DNA of 64,000 nt. Origin: a virus (lineage: Duplodnaviria; Caudoviricetes). The notes beneath the pieces were generated by a model. It worked only from the letters and a program-made list of their open reading frames with translations, made no database searches and was not told where the DNA came from. The translations under genes were made by a program, and so were the position numbers. Where the stretch lies: positions 1 to 64,000 of the IMG/VR virus record IMGVR_UViG_3300031813_000003. One strand, 5' to 3'. Below, one piece after another: positions 41,419-50,649 of the stretch. Numbering within the stretch: position 1 is the stretch's first letter; the number at the start of each line of letters is the position of its first letter.

Positions 41419-41519
41419 TGTACTACGTTCATCTTCATGGTTACCTCTATCTGGTATATAAACAATACTGTATAGATGTGACCTCACTGGAATTCAACTA
41501 AACTATAACGGAGCTTGAC

Positions 41520-41747
41520 ATGACTAAACAACAAATGGCTGATGTTGAACGGTGTATAGTTGAAAACTTCAAAGAAGGAATACTTTCCAAAAACGAACTT
41601 CATGCTTACATATTGGGTATGCGGTCATTCGCACATGCAACAACTGGCAACATGAGTGAAATATATGGTATACTTCAACACTACCTGAACAACTTCGATG
41701 AACTGTACCGATTCTATACTACTTATTCATTCCCGAAGGAGAGATAA
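41520..41747 (+). CDS. Hypothetical protein
   Basis: GGAG RBS. Confidence 0.65.
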   Translation: MTKQQMADVERCIVENFKEGILSKNELHAYILGMRSFAHATTGNMSEIYGILQHYLNNFDELYRFYTTYSFPKER

Positions 41748-42014
41748 ATGGAACCATATCAGACTAAATTCTCCTATGATGAAAAAGTTTACTATGCCCT
41801 GAAGGATAAAAATTCCAATGAATATCTTCAAGATTTTTATAGGGATGGGGTATGGATTCCATATAATACACATACTCTGGTTTATGCATGGAAAGAAGAA
41901 TCGAAGGAAAAACTATTCAAGAGAGAATTGATCACAGAAGAAGTTATGAAAAATTACATCGTAGTCAAGGTTGTAGAGAGGAAAGTAATAGAATACAACT
42001 TTAGTGAAGCATAA
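41748..42014 (+). CDS. Hypothetical protein
   Basis: AAGGAG RBS. Confidence 0.65.
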   Translation: MEPYQTKFSYDEKVYYALKDKNSNEYLQDFYRDGVWIPYNTHTLVYAWKEESKEKLFKRELITEEVMKNYIVVKVVERKVIEYNFSEA

Positions 42015-42102
42015 CATACACCATACAAAGGAGATTTAAAGTTGACTTTGAAAGGTTTTTGTGTTATCTTTTAATTAACATTATTGAAAAGGATTTACTT
42101 AA

Positions 42103-42366
42103 ATGCAAGTAAAAATATCAACGATAATTGATATTCCTGATGGAATGCTGTTACCAGGGTATGAGTATGGTTCAGCATGTGAATATATACATGATAATCT
42201 CACCAATTATGTTACCTGCGCTCATTTTAAAGATGCAATGAAATGGCGTGTAAAAGCTATGGGCGTAGAATCTTCGACTGAATACCTCATCTATAAATCA
42301 CATCATGATTTTGGTGAAATAAGTAAAAAATTAAAATGGTCATATGAACAACTGGAGAATGAATGA
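42103..42366 (+). CDS. Hypothetical protein
   Basis: Promoter TTGACT 42042, 17 bp, TATCTT; AAGGA RBS. Confidence 0.65.
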   Translation: MQVKISTIIDIPDGMLLPGYEYGSACEYIHDNLTNYVTCAHFKDAMKWRVKAMGVESSTEYLIYKSHHDFGEISKKLKWSYEQLENE

Positions 42367-42668
42367 AACAAATTAAAATTGAAAGAATTAAAAAAGAAAA
42401 CGTAAAAACCATCATCAATGAAATTCCATTTACTGCATTTTGGGGGTGTACTTTTAGAAAAGCAGATGGAACTATCCGTAGAATTAACTGTAACAAATCA
42501 ATTTCAAAAGGTCTTAAGAATCCTAGGGTTCCAAAAGTTCTAACGGATAATAACTTCATCAATGTTTATGATGTAAATGCTGCAAATGGAAAGGGTGGTT
42601 ACCGTATGGTAAACATTAATACCATAGCTGATATTCGTAGCAATGGTAAATTATACATTGTTGTCTAA
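42363..42668 (+). CDS. SH3/WYL-like beta-barrel phage protein
   Basis: F.K.DGT.R.INC...VYDV.....GYRMVN..TI. Confidence 0.6.
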   Translation: MKQIKIERIKKENVKTIINEIPFTAFWGCTFRKADGTIRRINCNKSISKGLKNPRVPKVLTDNNFINVYDVNAANGKGGYRMVNINTIADIRSNGKLYIVV

Positions 42669-42684
42669 GTAAAAATTGAATCAA

Positions 42685-42721
42685 ACAGAGAGGGCAATGG
42701 ATTGTCTATTGCCCTCTCTGT
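42685..42721. terminator. GC-rich hairpin without a U tract (terminator or processing site)
   Basis: ACAGAGAGGGCAAT...ATTGCCCTCTCTGT. Confidence 0.55.
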
Positions 42722-42736
42722 GCTAGGAGAAAAATA

Positions 42737-43720
42737 TTGATTTCTTACTCAAAAACAGAACTACTTAACATTTTAGAAGCACACGAAAAGATAAACGGAA
42801 CCTTACCAACAAGAAGAGTACTAAGAAAATCTGGTCTGTCTGAAGGACCATTTATAAGAGTATTCGGAAGCTTTAGTGCAGCAAAAGAGTATTATAACCA
42901 AAGCAAACTAAGTGTTCAGCTTGATGATATCTGGATTAAAAAATCAGACATAGTTCAATTCTATCCTACCACTCTTGTCATACCTGATGCCCACGTATCT
43001 CCTGATCAAGATAACTCCAGATTTGTCATACTAAATAAACTAATTCTGGATAGAAAGCCTGATTATATCATCTTCATGGGTGACTTCGTTACCTTGGAAA
43101 GTCTGTCTAATTGGGACTTGAATAAAGCTGGTGTAATGGAAGGACGTAGATATCAAATGGATATCGAAGCAGGGCAACAAGCTCTGGAACTTACATTAAA
43201 AAATGTTAAACAAACTTATAGTCCTACTATCATCTACCTCCACGGTAATCATGAGACAAGGCTAGATCGTTATGTTGAAAGTAAACCAGAACTGAAAGAT
43301 CATCTTGACCTTAACAAAGATTTAAACCTGAAAGGTTATGGCGTTGATGTTATTGTGCAGTATCGTGAATACTACACCATTGAAGGAACACAGTTTACCC
43401 ACTCACCTATGAATGCAGCAAACCAAGCACTGTCTGGAAAGTTTGCAATTCATAGAGCATCAGAAATGACACAGAACAGTTTAGTATTTGCCCACTCACA
43501 TAGAAAAGAATATGTTAACTTCTATCGTCATGGGTCTGATGATATCGTTCAGGTTATGATGTGTGGGGCTTTCTTCGAACATACTGACTCCTACGCACAC
43601 GGCGGGCTTAATGCCTACTGGAGGGGCTGTATGCTCCTTAATCACTGGAAAAAAGGAAGGTTCGATGCTGAAGAATTCTCCCTTGAGAGGATGAAACAAA
43701 TATATGGATTATCATTATAA
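42737..43720 (+). CDS. Calcineurin-like metallophosphoesterase with N-terminal HTH-like domain
   Basis: IPDAH, MGDF, GNHE, AHSH; FGSFSAA. Confidence 0.85.
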   Translation: MISYSKTELLNILEAHEKINGTLPTRRVLRKSGLSEGPFIRVFGSFSAAKEYYNQSKLSVQLDDIWIKKSDIVQFYPTTLVIPDAHVSPDQDNSRFVILNKLILDRKPDYIIFMGDFVTLESLSNWDLNKAGVMEGRRYQMDIEAGQQALELTLKNVKQTYSPTIIYLHGNHETRLDRYVESKPELKDHLDLNKDLNLKGYGVDVIVQYREYYTIEGTQFTHSPMNAANQALSGKFAIHRASEMTQNSLVFAHSHRKEYVNFYRHGSDDIVQVMMCGAFFEHTDSYAHGGLNAYWRGCMLLNHWKKGRFDAEEFSLERMKQIYGLSL

Positions 43721-43994
43721 TAAACTAACACCAGCTGAAGCTGAACGTTTAGCAATTCTATCAGAAGAGTGTGGGGAAGTTATTCAAATAATTGGTAAAA
43801 TACTTCGTCATGGATACAAAAGCTCACACCCTGAGGGTGGACCTACAAATAGGAAATTACTTGCTTTTGAAATTGGTGATGTAATAACGGCTGTATTAAT
43901 GATGACCGAAATAGAAGATATTAATAATAATATTATAGATGAACGTGTGGAGTATAAATTAGAAAAAATAAAAAAATATTTACACCATCAATAG
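43704..43994 (+). CDS. MazG-like nucleotide pyrophosphohydrolase
   Basis: EECGEVIQ..GKILRHG...EIGDV. Confidence 0.8.
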   Translation: MDYHYNKLTPAEAERLAILSEECGEVIQIIGKILRHGYKSSHPEGGPTNRKLLAFEIGDVITAVLMMTEIEDINNNIIDERVEYKLEKIKKYLHHQ

Positions 43995-43998
43995 ATAC

Positions 43999-44048
43999 AA
44001 AGAGGGTAATCATTCAATTGGTTACCCTCTTTTCGTTTCATATAAATA
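43999..44048 (+). terminator. Terminator plus late promoter TATAAATA (44041)
   Basis: AAAGAGGGTAA...TTACCCTCTTTT. Confidence 0.75.
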
Positions 44049-44075
44049 ACTATAAAATAATAAAAGGAATTTATA

Positions 44076-44375
44076 ATGAATCTATTAACATTTTTCAAAA
44101 AGTATGGTGTATTGCTTGCTAGTTGTGGTCTTGGGTTGTTCTTCGTTCCTGATATTGAAACACTCCAAGTGACTCTATTTAGATTTGGTATTATTTCAGC
44201 AATTATGCTTCTTTGGTTGAATATCATTGGTCTAAATAAAGATACTGGTATATTTCCAGATGTTGATCTAAAAGAACTTTTTGACAAAGCTTGTGAATCT
44301 GGTATAGGGGCTGGAATTGCACTATTCGGATTATTAATTATGTTATCAACAATAATTTTCTGTATATCAAAGTAA
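44076..44375 (+). CDS. Putative holin
   Basis: Three TM segments, FPDVDL.EL..KA...IGAG; upstream of endolysin. Confidence 0.6.
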   Translation: MNLLTFFKKYGVLLASCGLGLFFVPDIETLQVTLFRFGIISAIMLLWLNIIGLNKDTGIFPDVDLKELFDKACESGIGAGIALFGLLIMLSTIIFCISK

Positions 44376-44377
44376 GT

Positions 44378-45016
44378 ATGAAAATTTTAGTAATATTGAT
44401 CTTACTATTACTAATCCCATTTTCTGTTCCTGGGGATGATATGTTAGTACGATCCAAACCTTACATAGTTATTCTAAAATCAATTTTCAATCAATATTGG
44501 CCTAATGTAGATTGTAAGTATATAGCAGCTGGTCAGGTTGAACAGGAGTCTGATTGGAATCCCAAAGCACATCTTCATACTAAGAGAGAAGATGGTTATG
44601 GGTTGACACAGATAACAGTTACTCCTAGGTTCAATAACTTCAAAAATGCTGTTGATCTAAAACCACTGAAGTCATGGCACTGGAAGAATGATAAGTATAA
44701 TCCAACATATCAATTGACTTTTCTTGTCCTAGAAGACCGATCAAATTTCAATATGGTAGGGCATCTTCTGAAAGGTGATGCAGAGATATGGAAAGGTGTT
44801 CTTGTATCATATAACGCAGGATATGGAAGGCTGGAACGTAGGCATCAATACGCAGTTGCAAAAGGATTACCTCATGACTGCTGGACAGGTGGATTAGAAC
44901 TAGCACATGGAAGAACTGAAGATACAAAACTTTATGGGGAAACTCTCTGGAAGACAGTGAATGCTTACCCTGTATTAATATTCAAGAAAGCTGAAAAATA
45001 CAAAGGTGAATTATGA
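44378..45016 (+). CDS. Lytic transglycosylase (SLT) endolysin with signal sequence
   Basis: GQVEQES.WNP.A, E.GYGL.QIT, SYNAG.G. Confidence 0.8.
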   Translation: MKILVILILLLLIPFSVPGDDMLVRSKPYIVILKSIFNQYWPNVDCKYIAAGQVEQESDWNPKAHLHTKREDGYGLTQITVTPRFNNFKNAVDLKPLKSWHWKNDKYNPTYQLTFLVLEDRSNFNMVGHLLKGDAEIWKGVLVSYNAGYGRLERRHQYAVAKGLPHDCWTGGLELAHGRTEDTKLYGETLWKTVNAYPVLIFKKAEKYKGEL

Positions 45017-45369
45017 GATACATGTCATTCAATCAATATCTAACAGAAATGTCAACACATATTGGAGATGTTGAATTTAGATTCTCTAATCACTTTTCTG
45101 ATAGGGTGAAAGAACGCTCAGTCATTACCCCTGATGATTTGAATACTTTATTAGCTAATATTAGAAAGAAGTTAACTGATCTACCGGCTGTTGGTGAATT
45201 CCTTTTCTATTCTAAGAGACTTGCCCAAGGGGTTATTGCAGCATGGGACTCATTTAGAAATCGAATAAGTCTCATTACTTTCCTGCCAAAAAATAAACAT
45301 TTCGCAAAGCCTGGGACTGAAACTGTGGTTCTTGAATCTATTACATATCAAATAATCTATATAGACTAA
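45013..45369 (+). CDS. Putative RelE/Barnase-fold RNase with capsid-targeting-like tag
   Basis: MSFNQYLTE; FS.HF.DRV.ER ... LIT. Confidence 0.45.
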   Translation: MRYMSFNQYLTEMSTHIGDVEFRFSNHFSDRVKERSVITPDDLNTLLANIRKKLTDLPAVGEFLFYSKRLAQGVIAAWDSFRNRISLITFLPKNKHFAKPGTETVVLESITYQIIYID

Positions 45370-45377
45370 GGACTCCA

Positions 45378-45923
45378 ATGTTATCCTTTAAACAGTTTAT
45401 AACTGAAGATGCTGATGTAGATACTCAACTCAAAAAACTAGGGCTTAGAAGGGGTGGTATGGGGTTTCCAGTGGGTAAAGTGATTGGTGGTTGTGTGTAC
45501 CTTCACAAACAATATGAGAATGAACTTCCACAAGATTTCTTAGCCAATGCCAAATCAAAACTCCCTAAAGGATTTCACTACGACACATTGAAGTTCGATC
45601 CTAAATCAAAGTCAATCACATTCTTCAGGGTAGATGATTTCGATACTAATCATGAACCAATCATTGATGAATATGTTACTGTTAAGCCTAATTCTGACGG
45701 TGTTAAAGTTGTTACTGATGGAAACACAGTTTATCACCATAAATGGCAATGGGTAGGCCCTGACTATAAAGGGTTTGATGTTGAGAAGAACAAAGCTAGA
45801 AGTGCAAAATGGTATGGGTTGACGGATGCTGATATCGGCCAGGAGAAATATAAATGTAAGATTGGTAAGAATAGTTTCTGGCAACAGCATGTTGTTGATA
45901 AATTTCTAAAGGATGATGAATGA
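45378..45923 (+). CDS. Tag-bearing protein resembling the non-MTase domain of phosphorothioation-associated methyltransferases (TIGR04096)
   Basis: MLSFKQFITE; GK.....YLH, TLKF.....ITF....DFD...EP, YHHK..V.PDY. Confidence 0.55.
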   Translation: MLSFKQFITEDADVDTQLKKLGLRRGGMGFPVGKVIGGCVYLHKQYENELPQDFLANAKSKLPKGFHYDTLKFDPKSKSITFFRVDDFDTNHEPIIDEYVTVKPNSDGVKVVTDGNTVYHHKWQWVGPDYKGFDVEKNKARSAKWYGLTDADIGQEKYKCKIGKNSFWQQHVVDKFLKDDE

Positions 45924-46600
45924 AACTAAAATCATTTACACAATTCATAACTGAGGCTATAACATCACCTACTGACAACCCAAAATTCACAAAATGGTTT
46001 GGTAGTTCTAAAGTTGTAGATGATCAGGGCAATCCATTGGTTGTATATCATGGGACTGCTAAAGAGTTTACTGCTTTTATGTCAGATGATAATCAGAAAA
46101 CTTTTGGTTCTAGATATAGTGGAATGAAAGGATCATTCTTTACAAGTCGCCCAGGTGAAGCAAATCACTATGCAGAACAATCAAGAATCTGGAAAGGTGG
46201 AAATGAACAAGTTCTCCCTGTGTTTCTTAAAATAGAAAATCCTTATATCAGAAAAGGTGGTAAATTCCCAACTCAATGGTTTGATAGTAATTGGGAAGAT
46301 ATTCAAAGAAAGTGTGAATCAAGAGGATATGATGGAATTATTATAACAGGCGGAACTCCTGAGATACCTAGGACTATTTACATCACATTTGAACCTATCC
46401 AAGTGAAATCTGCTATTGGTAATAATGGAAACTTTGATCCATCTAATCCACATATTACCGAAGATAAAAAGATAAATACTATTAATGAATCTTCTAACGA
46501 TTGTAAATATTTTCGTAAAGATACAGAAACCTGTTCTATCAAGAAAAACAAGACATGTAAATATATAGATGACCAAGGAGATTGTAAAGACTATGAGTAA
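45920..46600 (+). CDS. ADP-ribosyltransferase of polyvalent-protein type, with tag
   Basis: MKLKSFTQFITE; F.KWFG.SKVVD..G.PLVVYHGT, FFT, VLPVFLKIENP, GYDGII, QVKSA.GN.G.F. Confidence 0.75.
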   Translation: MKLKSFTQFITEAITSPTDNPKFTKWFGSSKVVDDQGNPLVVYHGTAKEFTAFMSDDNQKTFGSRYSGMKGSFFTSRPGEANHYAEQSRIWKGGNEQVLPVFLKIENPYIRKGGKFPTQWFDSNWEDIQRKCESRGYDGIIITGGTPEIPRTIYITFEPIQVKSAIGNNGNFDPSNPHITEDKKINTINESSNDCKYFRKDTETCSIKKNKTCKYIDDQGDCKDYE

Positions 46601-47135
46601 GTTTGAAAAATATCTATTAAGTGAAATGGCAACTCCAGATGAACAAGCAATTGCCCAAGCAACTTCAAGAAATACAGGTGCAGTTGGAGCCAAAGCTATT
46701 GTTCCTAGGATGGTAAGACAATATGCAAATAAGAATAAAGATGTAATCCTAGACTTTGGTGCAGGAAAAGCAGCTGCACATACATTGGCTCTTAGAGAAG
46801 AAGGATATAATGTTACAGCATATGACTTTTCACAATCAGAGTTTCATGATCCTACTGCGTTGAATAAGAAATACACTCTAGTATTTGCTTCTAATGTACT
46901 AAACGTCCAAGGGTCAGAAGATATGCTTATGAATGATACTTTAAGACCTATATATAAGGTTCTTCGTCCAGGTGGTAGATTCATTGGTAATCTTCCTTCT
47001 AGCCCTCTTAAAGGTATGTATAAGGGTCTTACTTATAAAGAGTGTGTTGCTCTATTACAGAGTAAACTTGAAGAAGTATTCTCAAGTGTAAAGAGATTAG
47101 AAGGATCAACTCCTGTATGGATGTGTATCAAATGA
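46593..47135 (+). CDS. Class I SAM methyltransferase (TIGR04096 MTase-like), with tag
   Basis: MSKFEKYLLSE; ILDFGAGK, TAYD, SNVLNV, LRPGG; AAGGAG RBS. Confidence 0.75.
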   Translation: MSKFEKYLLSEMATPDEQAIAQATSRNTGAVGAKAIVPRMVRQYANKNKDVILDFGAGKAAAHTLALREEGYNVTAYDFSQSEFHDPTALNKKYTLVFASNVLNVQGSEDMLMNDTLRPIYKVLRPGGRFIGNLPSSPLKGMYKGLTYKECVALLQSKLEEVFSSVKRLEGSTPVWMCIK

Positions 47136-47279
47136 GATGCCCAACATGTGGATATAAGAAAACTTCAGTTAGAATGTCTCCTGGGTTCACTCATTTAGTA
47201 ATAGAAGAATGCCCTGATTGTGATACTGTGTATATGATGGATAAAAACATAACAAAAATTTTATTTCAAAGGGATGATC

Positions 47280-47540
47280 ATGACAAATATTCTAAACACA
47301 ATTGAAAAACTATCAGAAGCATATGAAACTTTTGATATTGAAGTTAATGGGAAACTGAAACAGGGTGTTCATAAGAACTATCTTAAAGTTCTAGATGAAA
47401 AAGGTGTTAAATATAAAATTATACCTAAAGATGCCTCTATTCCCAAATCAAAAACTCAACCAGTATCTTCAAAAACTTGGAAATGTAGACGTTGCGGTAA
47501 AATGGTTTCTGATAAAAATCCATGTAGATGTTATGATTAG
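47280..47540 (+). CDS. Small protein with C-terminal Zn knuckle, possible head protein
   Basis: LSE near N-terminus; WKCRRCG...PC.C. Confidence 0.55.
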   Translation: MTNILNTIEKLSEAYETFDIEVNGKLKQGVHKNYLKVLDEKGVKYKIIPKDASIPKSKTQPVSSKTWKCRRCGKMVSDKNPCRCYD

Positions 47541-47576
47541 TTCGTATAGTACGCACTATAACAATCATAAAATACA

Positions 47577-47621
47577 AAATGCACCAGACCAAAATCTGGT
47601 GCATTTTTTGTGTCATAAATA
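47577..47621 (+). terminator. Terminator plus late promoter CATAAATA (47614)
   Basis: AAAATGCACCAGA...TCTGGTGCATTTTTT. Confidence 0.8.
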
Positions 47622-47851
47622 AATATAAAAACTAACAGGAGAAACGAAATGGCAATAGAATTTTTAGAAGTAGATATCAATTATAAAACTCTATCTGATG
47701 CTTTGAATAAAAGTAAAGCTAATGAAATTGTTATAATTACATCTGATAATAAATGTTTACTGATCAATGGAACTGCAAAACCATATTCAGGTATCACAGC
47801 ACAAATGGCTAGGAAACTAGCTAAATAAAATACTACAACTGGAGAAGTAAA

Positions 47852-48037
47852 ATGGCATACACTGAATATCTAACAAAATACAAAACTAAAAGAACTGAGG
47901 TTAATGTTTTTTTGTCAGGAAAGAATACAATGTTAACAGGCAAGATATCAGATTTTGATGATACTTGCATTATACTAGATGAATGTTTAATTTTTAGAAT
48001 AAATATAATTTCTATTACACCACAAAAGAAAAGCTAA
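47852..48037 (+). CDS. Hfq/Sm-like protein
   Basis: YL......TEVNVFL....LTGKISDFD..CIIL...LIFR.NI.SITP matches Sm1/Sm2 spacing; GGAG RBS. Confidence 0.7.
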   Translation: MAYTEYLTKYKTKRTEVNVFLSGKNTMLTGKISDFDDTCIILDECLIFRINIISITPQKKS

Positions 48038-48039
48038 TT

Positions 48040-48591
48040 ATGATTACAACTGGACTATCACTATCAGAGTTTAGAAAGAATGTTTCAGACTTGGCTAGAC
48101 CAAATAGATTTGAGGTTCAAATTACTCCTCCATCTGCGTTTGACTCATATACTGATGGTCAATTCAAGATGTTATCTTGGCTTGCAGAATCAGCACAAAT
48201 TCCTTCTAGGACACAAGGTGAAATTCCAATTAAATTTCATGGAATGGAATTAAAACTCCCAGGAGACTATGCTAAAGAAAATCTTACTATTGGATTTATA
48301 AATTCATATGGTTGGGAAGGAAGATCATTCTTCGATTCATGGATGGAATATATTCAATATATCAATGACGATAACTCAAGAAATTCTGCATATGATATGA
48401 TAGTAGATTCACAAATTGTTATTAATCAACTAGGAAGAACCATGAATGATATATTAGCTTCATATATATACTATAATGTGTTTCCTACTAGTTTATCAGC
48501 AATAGATTTGAACATGTCTGAAAACGATTCTATTGAAAAATTTACAGTAACTTTTTCATATTCTCATGTAGTACCATATGAGGCTACCTAA
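48040..48591 (+). CDS. Tail tube-like protein (gp19/gp54 family)
   Basis: DLARPNRFEV, IPSR, VFPTSLSAIDL. Confidence 0.8.
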   Translation: MITTGLSLSEFRKNVSDLARPNRFEVQITPPSAFDSYTDGQFKMLSWLAESAQIPSRTQGEIPIKFHGMELKLPGDYAKENLTIGFINSYGWEGRSFFDSWMEYIQYINDDNSRNSAYDMIVDSQIVINQLGRTMNDILASYIYYNVFPTSLSAIDLNMSENDSIEKFTVTFSYSHVVPYEAT

Positions 48592-49271
48592 TGGCTAGAC
48601 GATCATTGATAGTTCCACATAAATCAACATTTAATCCATTGACAAATGTTTTGAATGACTCTGAGGATAATGGGGTATTTCCATATAATCTTCAGGATGA
48701 ACCAAATCCAATAGATTCATCTACAATGTTTCATGTCAATTATTTGAAACAACAGTTCAGTGATCTTGCTAGACCAAATCAATTTAAGATTATGATTGTT
48801 CCCCCTGAACCACTCAAATCAGATTGGGATATGACTAATGGAAACTTGATGGTATTGGCTAAATCAACTAAAATCCCTAGTATGACTGTTAAAGATTATA
48901 TGTATCAAAGAGCAGGGCAGAAATTATATATACCTACAGGTGAAGTTGAACACGGAGATGCTTCAATAACATTCTATAATGATTCCGATTTTAGTCTTAG
49001 AACTATGTTCAATCGTTGGATGAGATTGGGATTACATAATTGGGAATATAATATAGGATCAATCCCTAAATTGGCATTGGATGGGATGGTTATGATTTAC
49101 CATTATGACTATAGTTTAAAACCAGTATATGCGGTTAAGCTTATGAATGCTTGGCCCAAGCATGTATCTGAAATTGAGTTAAGCCAGGATACAGAAAATA
49201 CAGCTGAAGAATTTACTGTTGAGTTTAACTATAGTTATCAGGAAATTTATAAAAATATAGGGGATCAGTGA
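48591..49271 (+). CDS. Tail tube-like protein (gp19/gp54 family)
   Basis: DLARPNQF, NAWP..VSEIELS, EFTVEF.Y. Confidence 0.8.
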   Translation: MARRSLIVPHKSTFNPLTNVLNDSEDNGVFPYNLQDEPNPIDSSTMFHVNYLKQQFSDLARPNQFKIMIVPPEPLKSDWDMTNGNLMVLAKSTKIPSMTVKDYMYQRAGQKLYIPTGEVEHGDASITFYNDSDFSLRTMFNRWMRLGLHNWEYNIGSIPKLALDGMVMIYHYDYSLKPVYAVKLMNAWPKHVSEIELSQDTENTAEEFTVEFNYSYQEIYKNIGDQ

Positions 49272-49888
49272 TGAGTGATACAACTTCATATCTACATTGG
49301 TTAAATGCAGATTGGATAAAAGAGAATTCATCCATTGGTGATAATCAGGGTCTTCCATTTACAGATAGATTTGTGTGTTTACTAAATGCACCTAAAGGAA
49401 ATCTAAGAAAAAATGGTTGGCTTGAGCTTCAGGTAATGTCGGTTGAATTGCCAAGTTTCAACATTGAACCATCAGAATTAGAATTAAATGGTGCCAGGAG
49501 ATTCTATTTTACTAAGAGGGGTGATACAGAACTTAGTATTACCTTCCTAGAAACGCCAGATTTGCTTCTCAGGAGGTTTTTTTACTCATGGATGCAGTTG
49601 GCTATTGATGTGAGTGATAATGGCGTTACAAGAGGGTATATGAGCGATTATATGCCTATTCCTTCTGAGTTTGTAATCTTCCCTGTTGACTTCAACGGAA
49701 CCGCTAGATATGCAGACCGATTTGTTAACGTATTTCCATATGATATATCAAGCATCAGTTATAATTTCGCCCAGGCTGGAGAATTATTAAAGACTACAGT
49801 TAAGTTTAAATATATGTATCACTACTTAACATCTATAATGGATTCTACACCATATCATGATTCAGAAACCCCAGGAATGGGAAACTAA
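49268..49888 (+). CDS. Tail tube-like/baseplate initiator protein
   Basis: SVELPS, LSITFLE, NVFPY.IS...Y, VKFKY. Confidence 0.65.
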   Translation: MMSDTTSYLHWLNADWIKENSSIGDNQGLPFTDRFVCLLNAPKGNLRKNGWLELQVMSVELPSFNIEPSELELNGARRFYFTKRGDTELSITFLETPDLLLRRFFYSWMQLAIDVSDNGVTRGYMSDYMPIPSEFVIFPVDFNGTARYADRFVNVFPYDISSISYNFAQAGELLKTTVKFKYMYHYLTSIMDSTPYHDSETPGMGN

Positions 49889-49906
49889 CCAATAAAGGAA
49901 AATAAA

Positions 49907-50617
49907 ATGCTACCAGATATCAGTTCAGAAAACTCTTTCATCAAAACTAAATTACCTTCTACCAAATCAATTGGAGTTTGTGGATGGTTTGTTAAAGAAG
50001 AAAAAGACCTTCTATTTGCACTTGAAGTTGATGAAAACTCAGAAAATACAAAAATTACACATATCATAAATCTTCTAAGAGAATGTGTAGATGATAAGAA
50101 TAAATTTAAAACTTTATCAGAAAATGATTTAATCAAAGTTGCAATTGAAGCTAGAAAATTATCAAAGGGTGATACTATAGAATATAATTATACTTGCCCT
50201 AAATGTGGCAACAAATTCTTTGATGAAGTGAATATAACCAAAGAACAAGTTGTTAAATTCTTTGATGTTACTCCTTTAGTTGTAAATGATAAAATGACGG
50301 TAACATTTAAAGATTTAGATTGGGTAAGAGTTGAGGAACTTTATAAAACAGCTGATAGTGAATCAAAATTTGCTTTCAAATTAATCATCAATTCTATTGA
50401 TTCGATCACATATAAGGGAACAACTCATACAGAATTTACCCCTGATGAAGTTGAGGTATTTATTGGTCAACTAAAATCAAATGATATGAAAATTATAACT
50501 GATGGTTATGAACAAAGACTTTCATCTTGTAGCCTAGAAAGAAAAGTTAAATGTGTAAAATGTAAAGAAGAAATTGATATCAATTTCGGAGATTTTCTAA
50601 GTTTTTTAGTTTTATAA
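49907..50617 (+). CDS. gp26: Baseplate hub assembly protein
   Basis: LPST.....F.VKEEK.LL, R.LSKG..I.....CPKC, C-terminal CVKC. Confidence 0.85.
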   Translation: MLPDISSENSFIKTKLPSTKSIGVCGWFVKEEKDLLFALEVDENSENTKITHIINLLRECVDDKNKFKTLSENDLIKVAIEARKLSKGDTIEYNYTCPKCGNKFFDEVNITKEQVVKFFDVTPLVVNDKMTVTFKDLDWVRVEELYKTADSESKFAFKLIINSIDSITYKGTTHTEFTPDEVEVFIGQLKSNDMKIITDGYEQRLSSCSLERKVKCVKCKEEIDINFGDFLSFLVL

Positions 50618-50649
50618 TCTTTGATCAAAGCATATCTACTATCTACACA

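Noticed and set aside
41209-41487. Track ORFs 41209..41487(-) and 41264..41461(+)
   Set aside because: The RBS-supported gene is 41245..41418 in another frame
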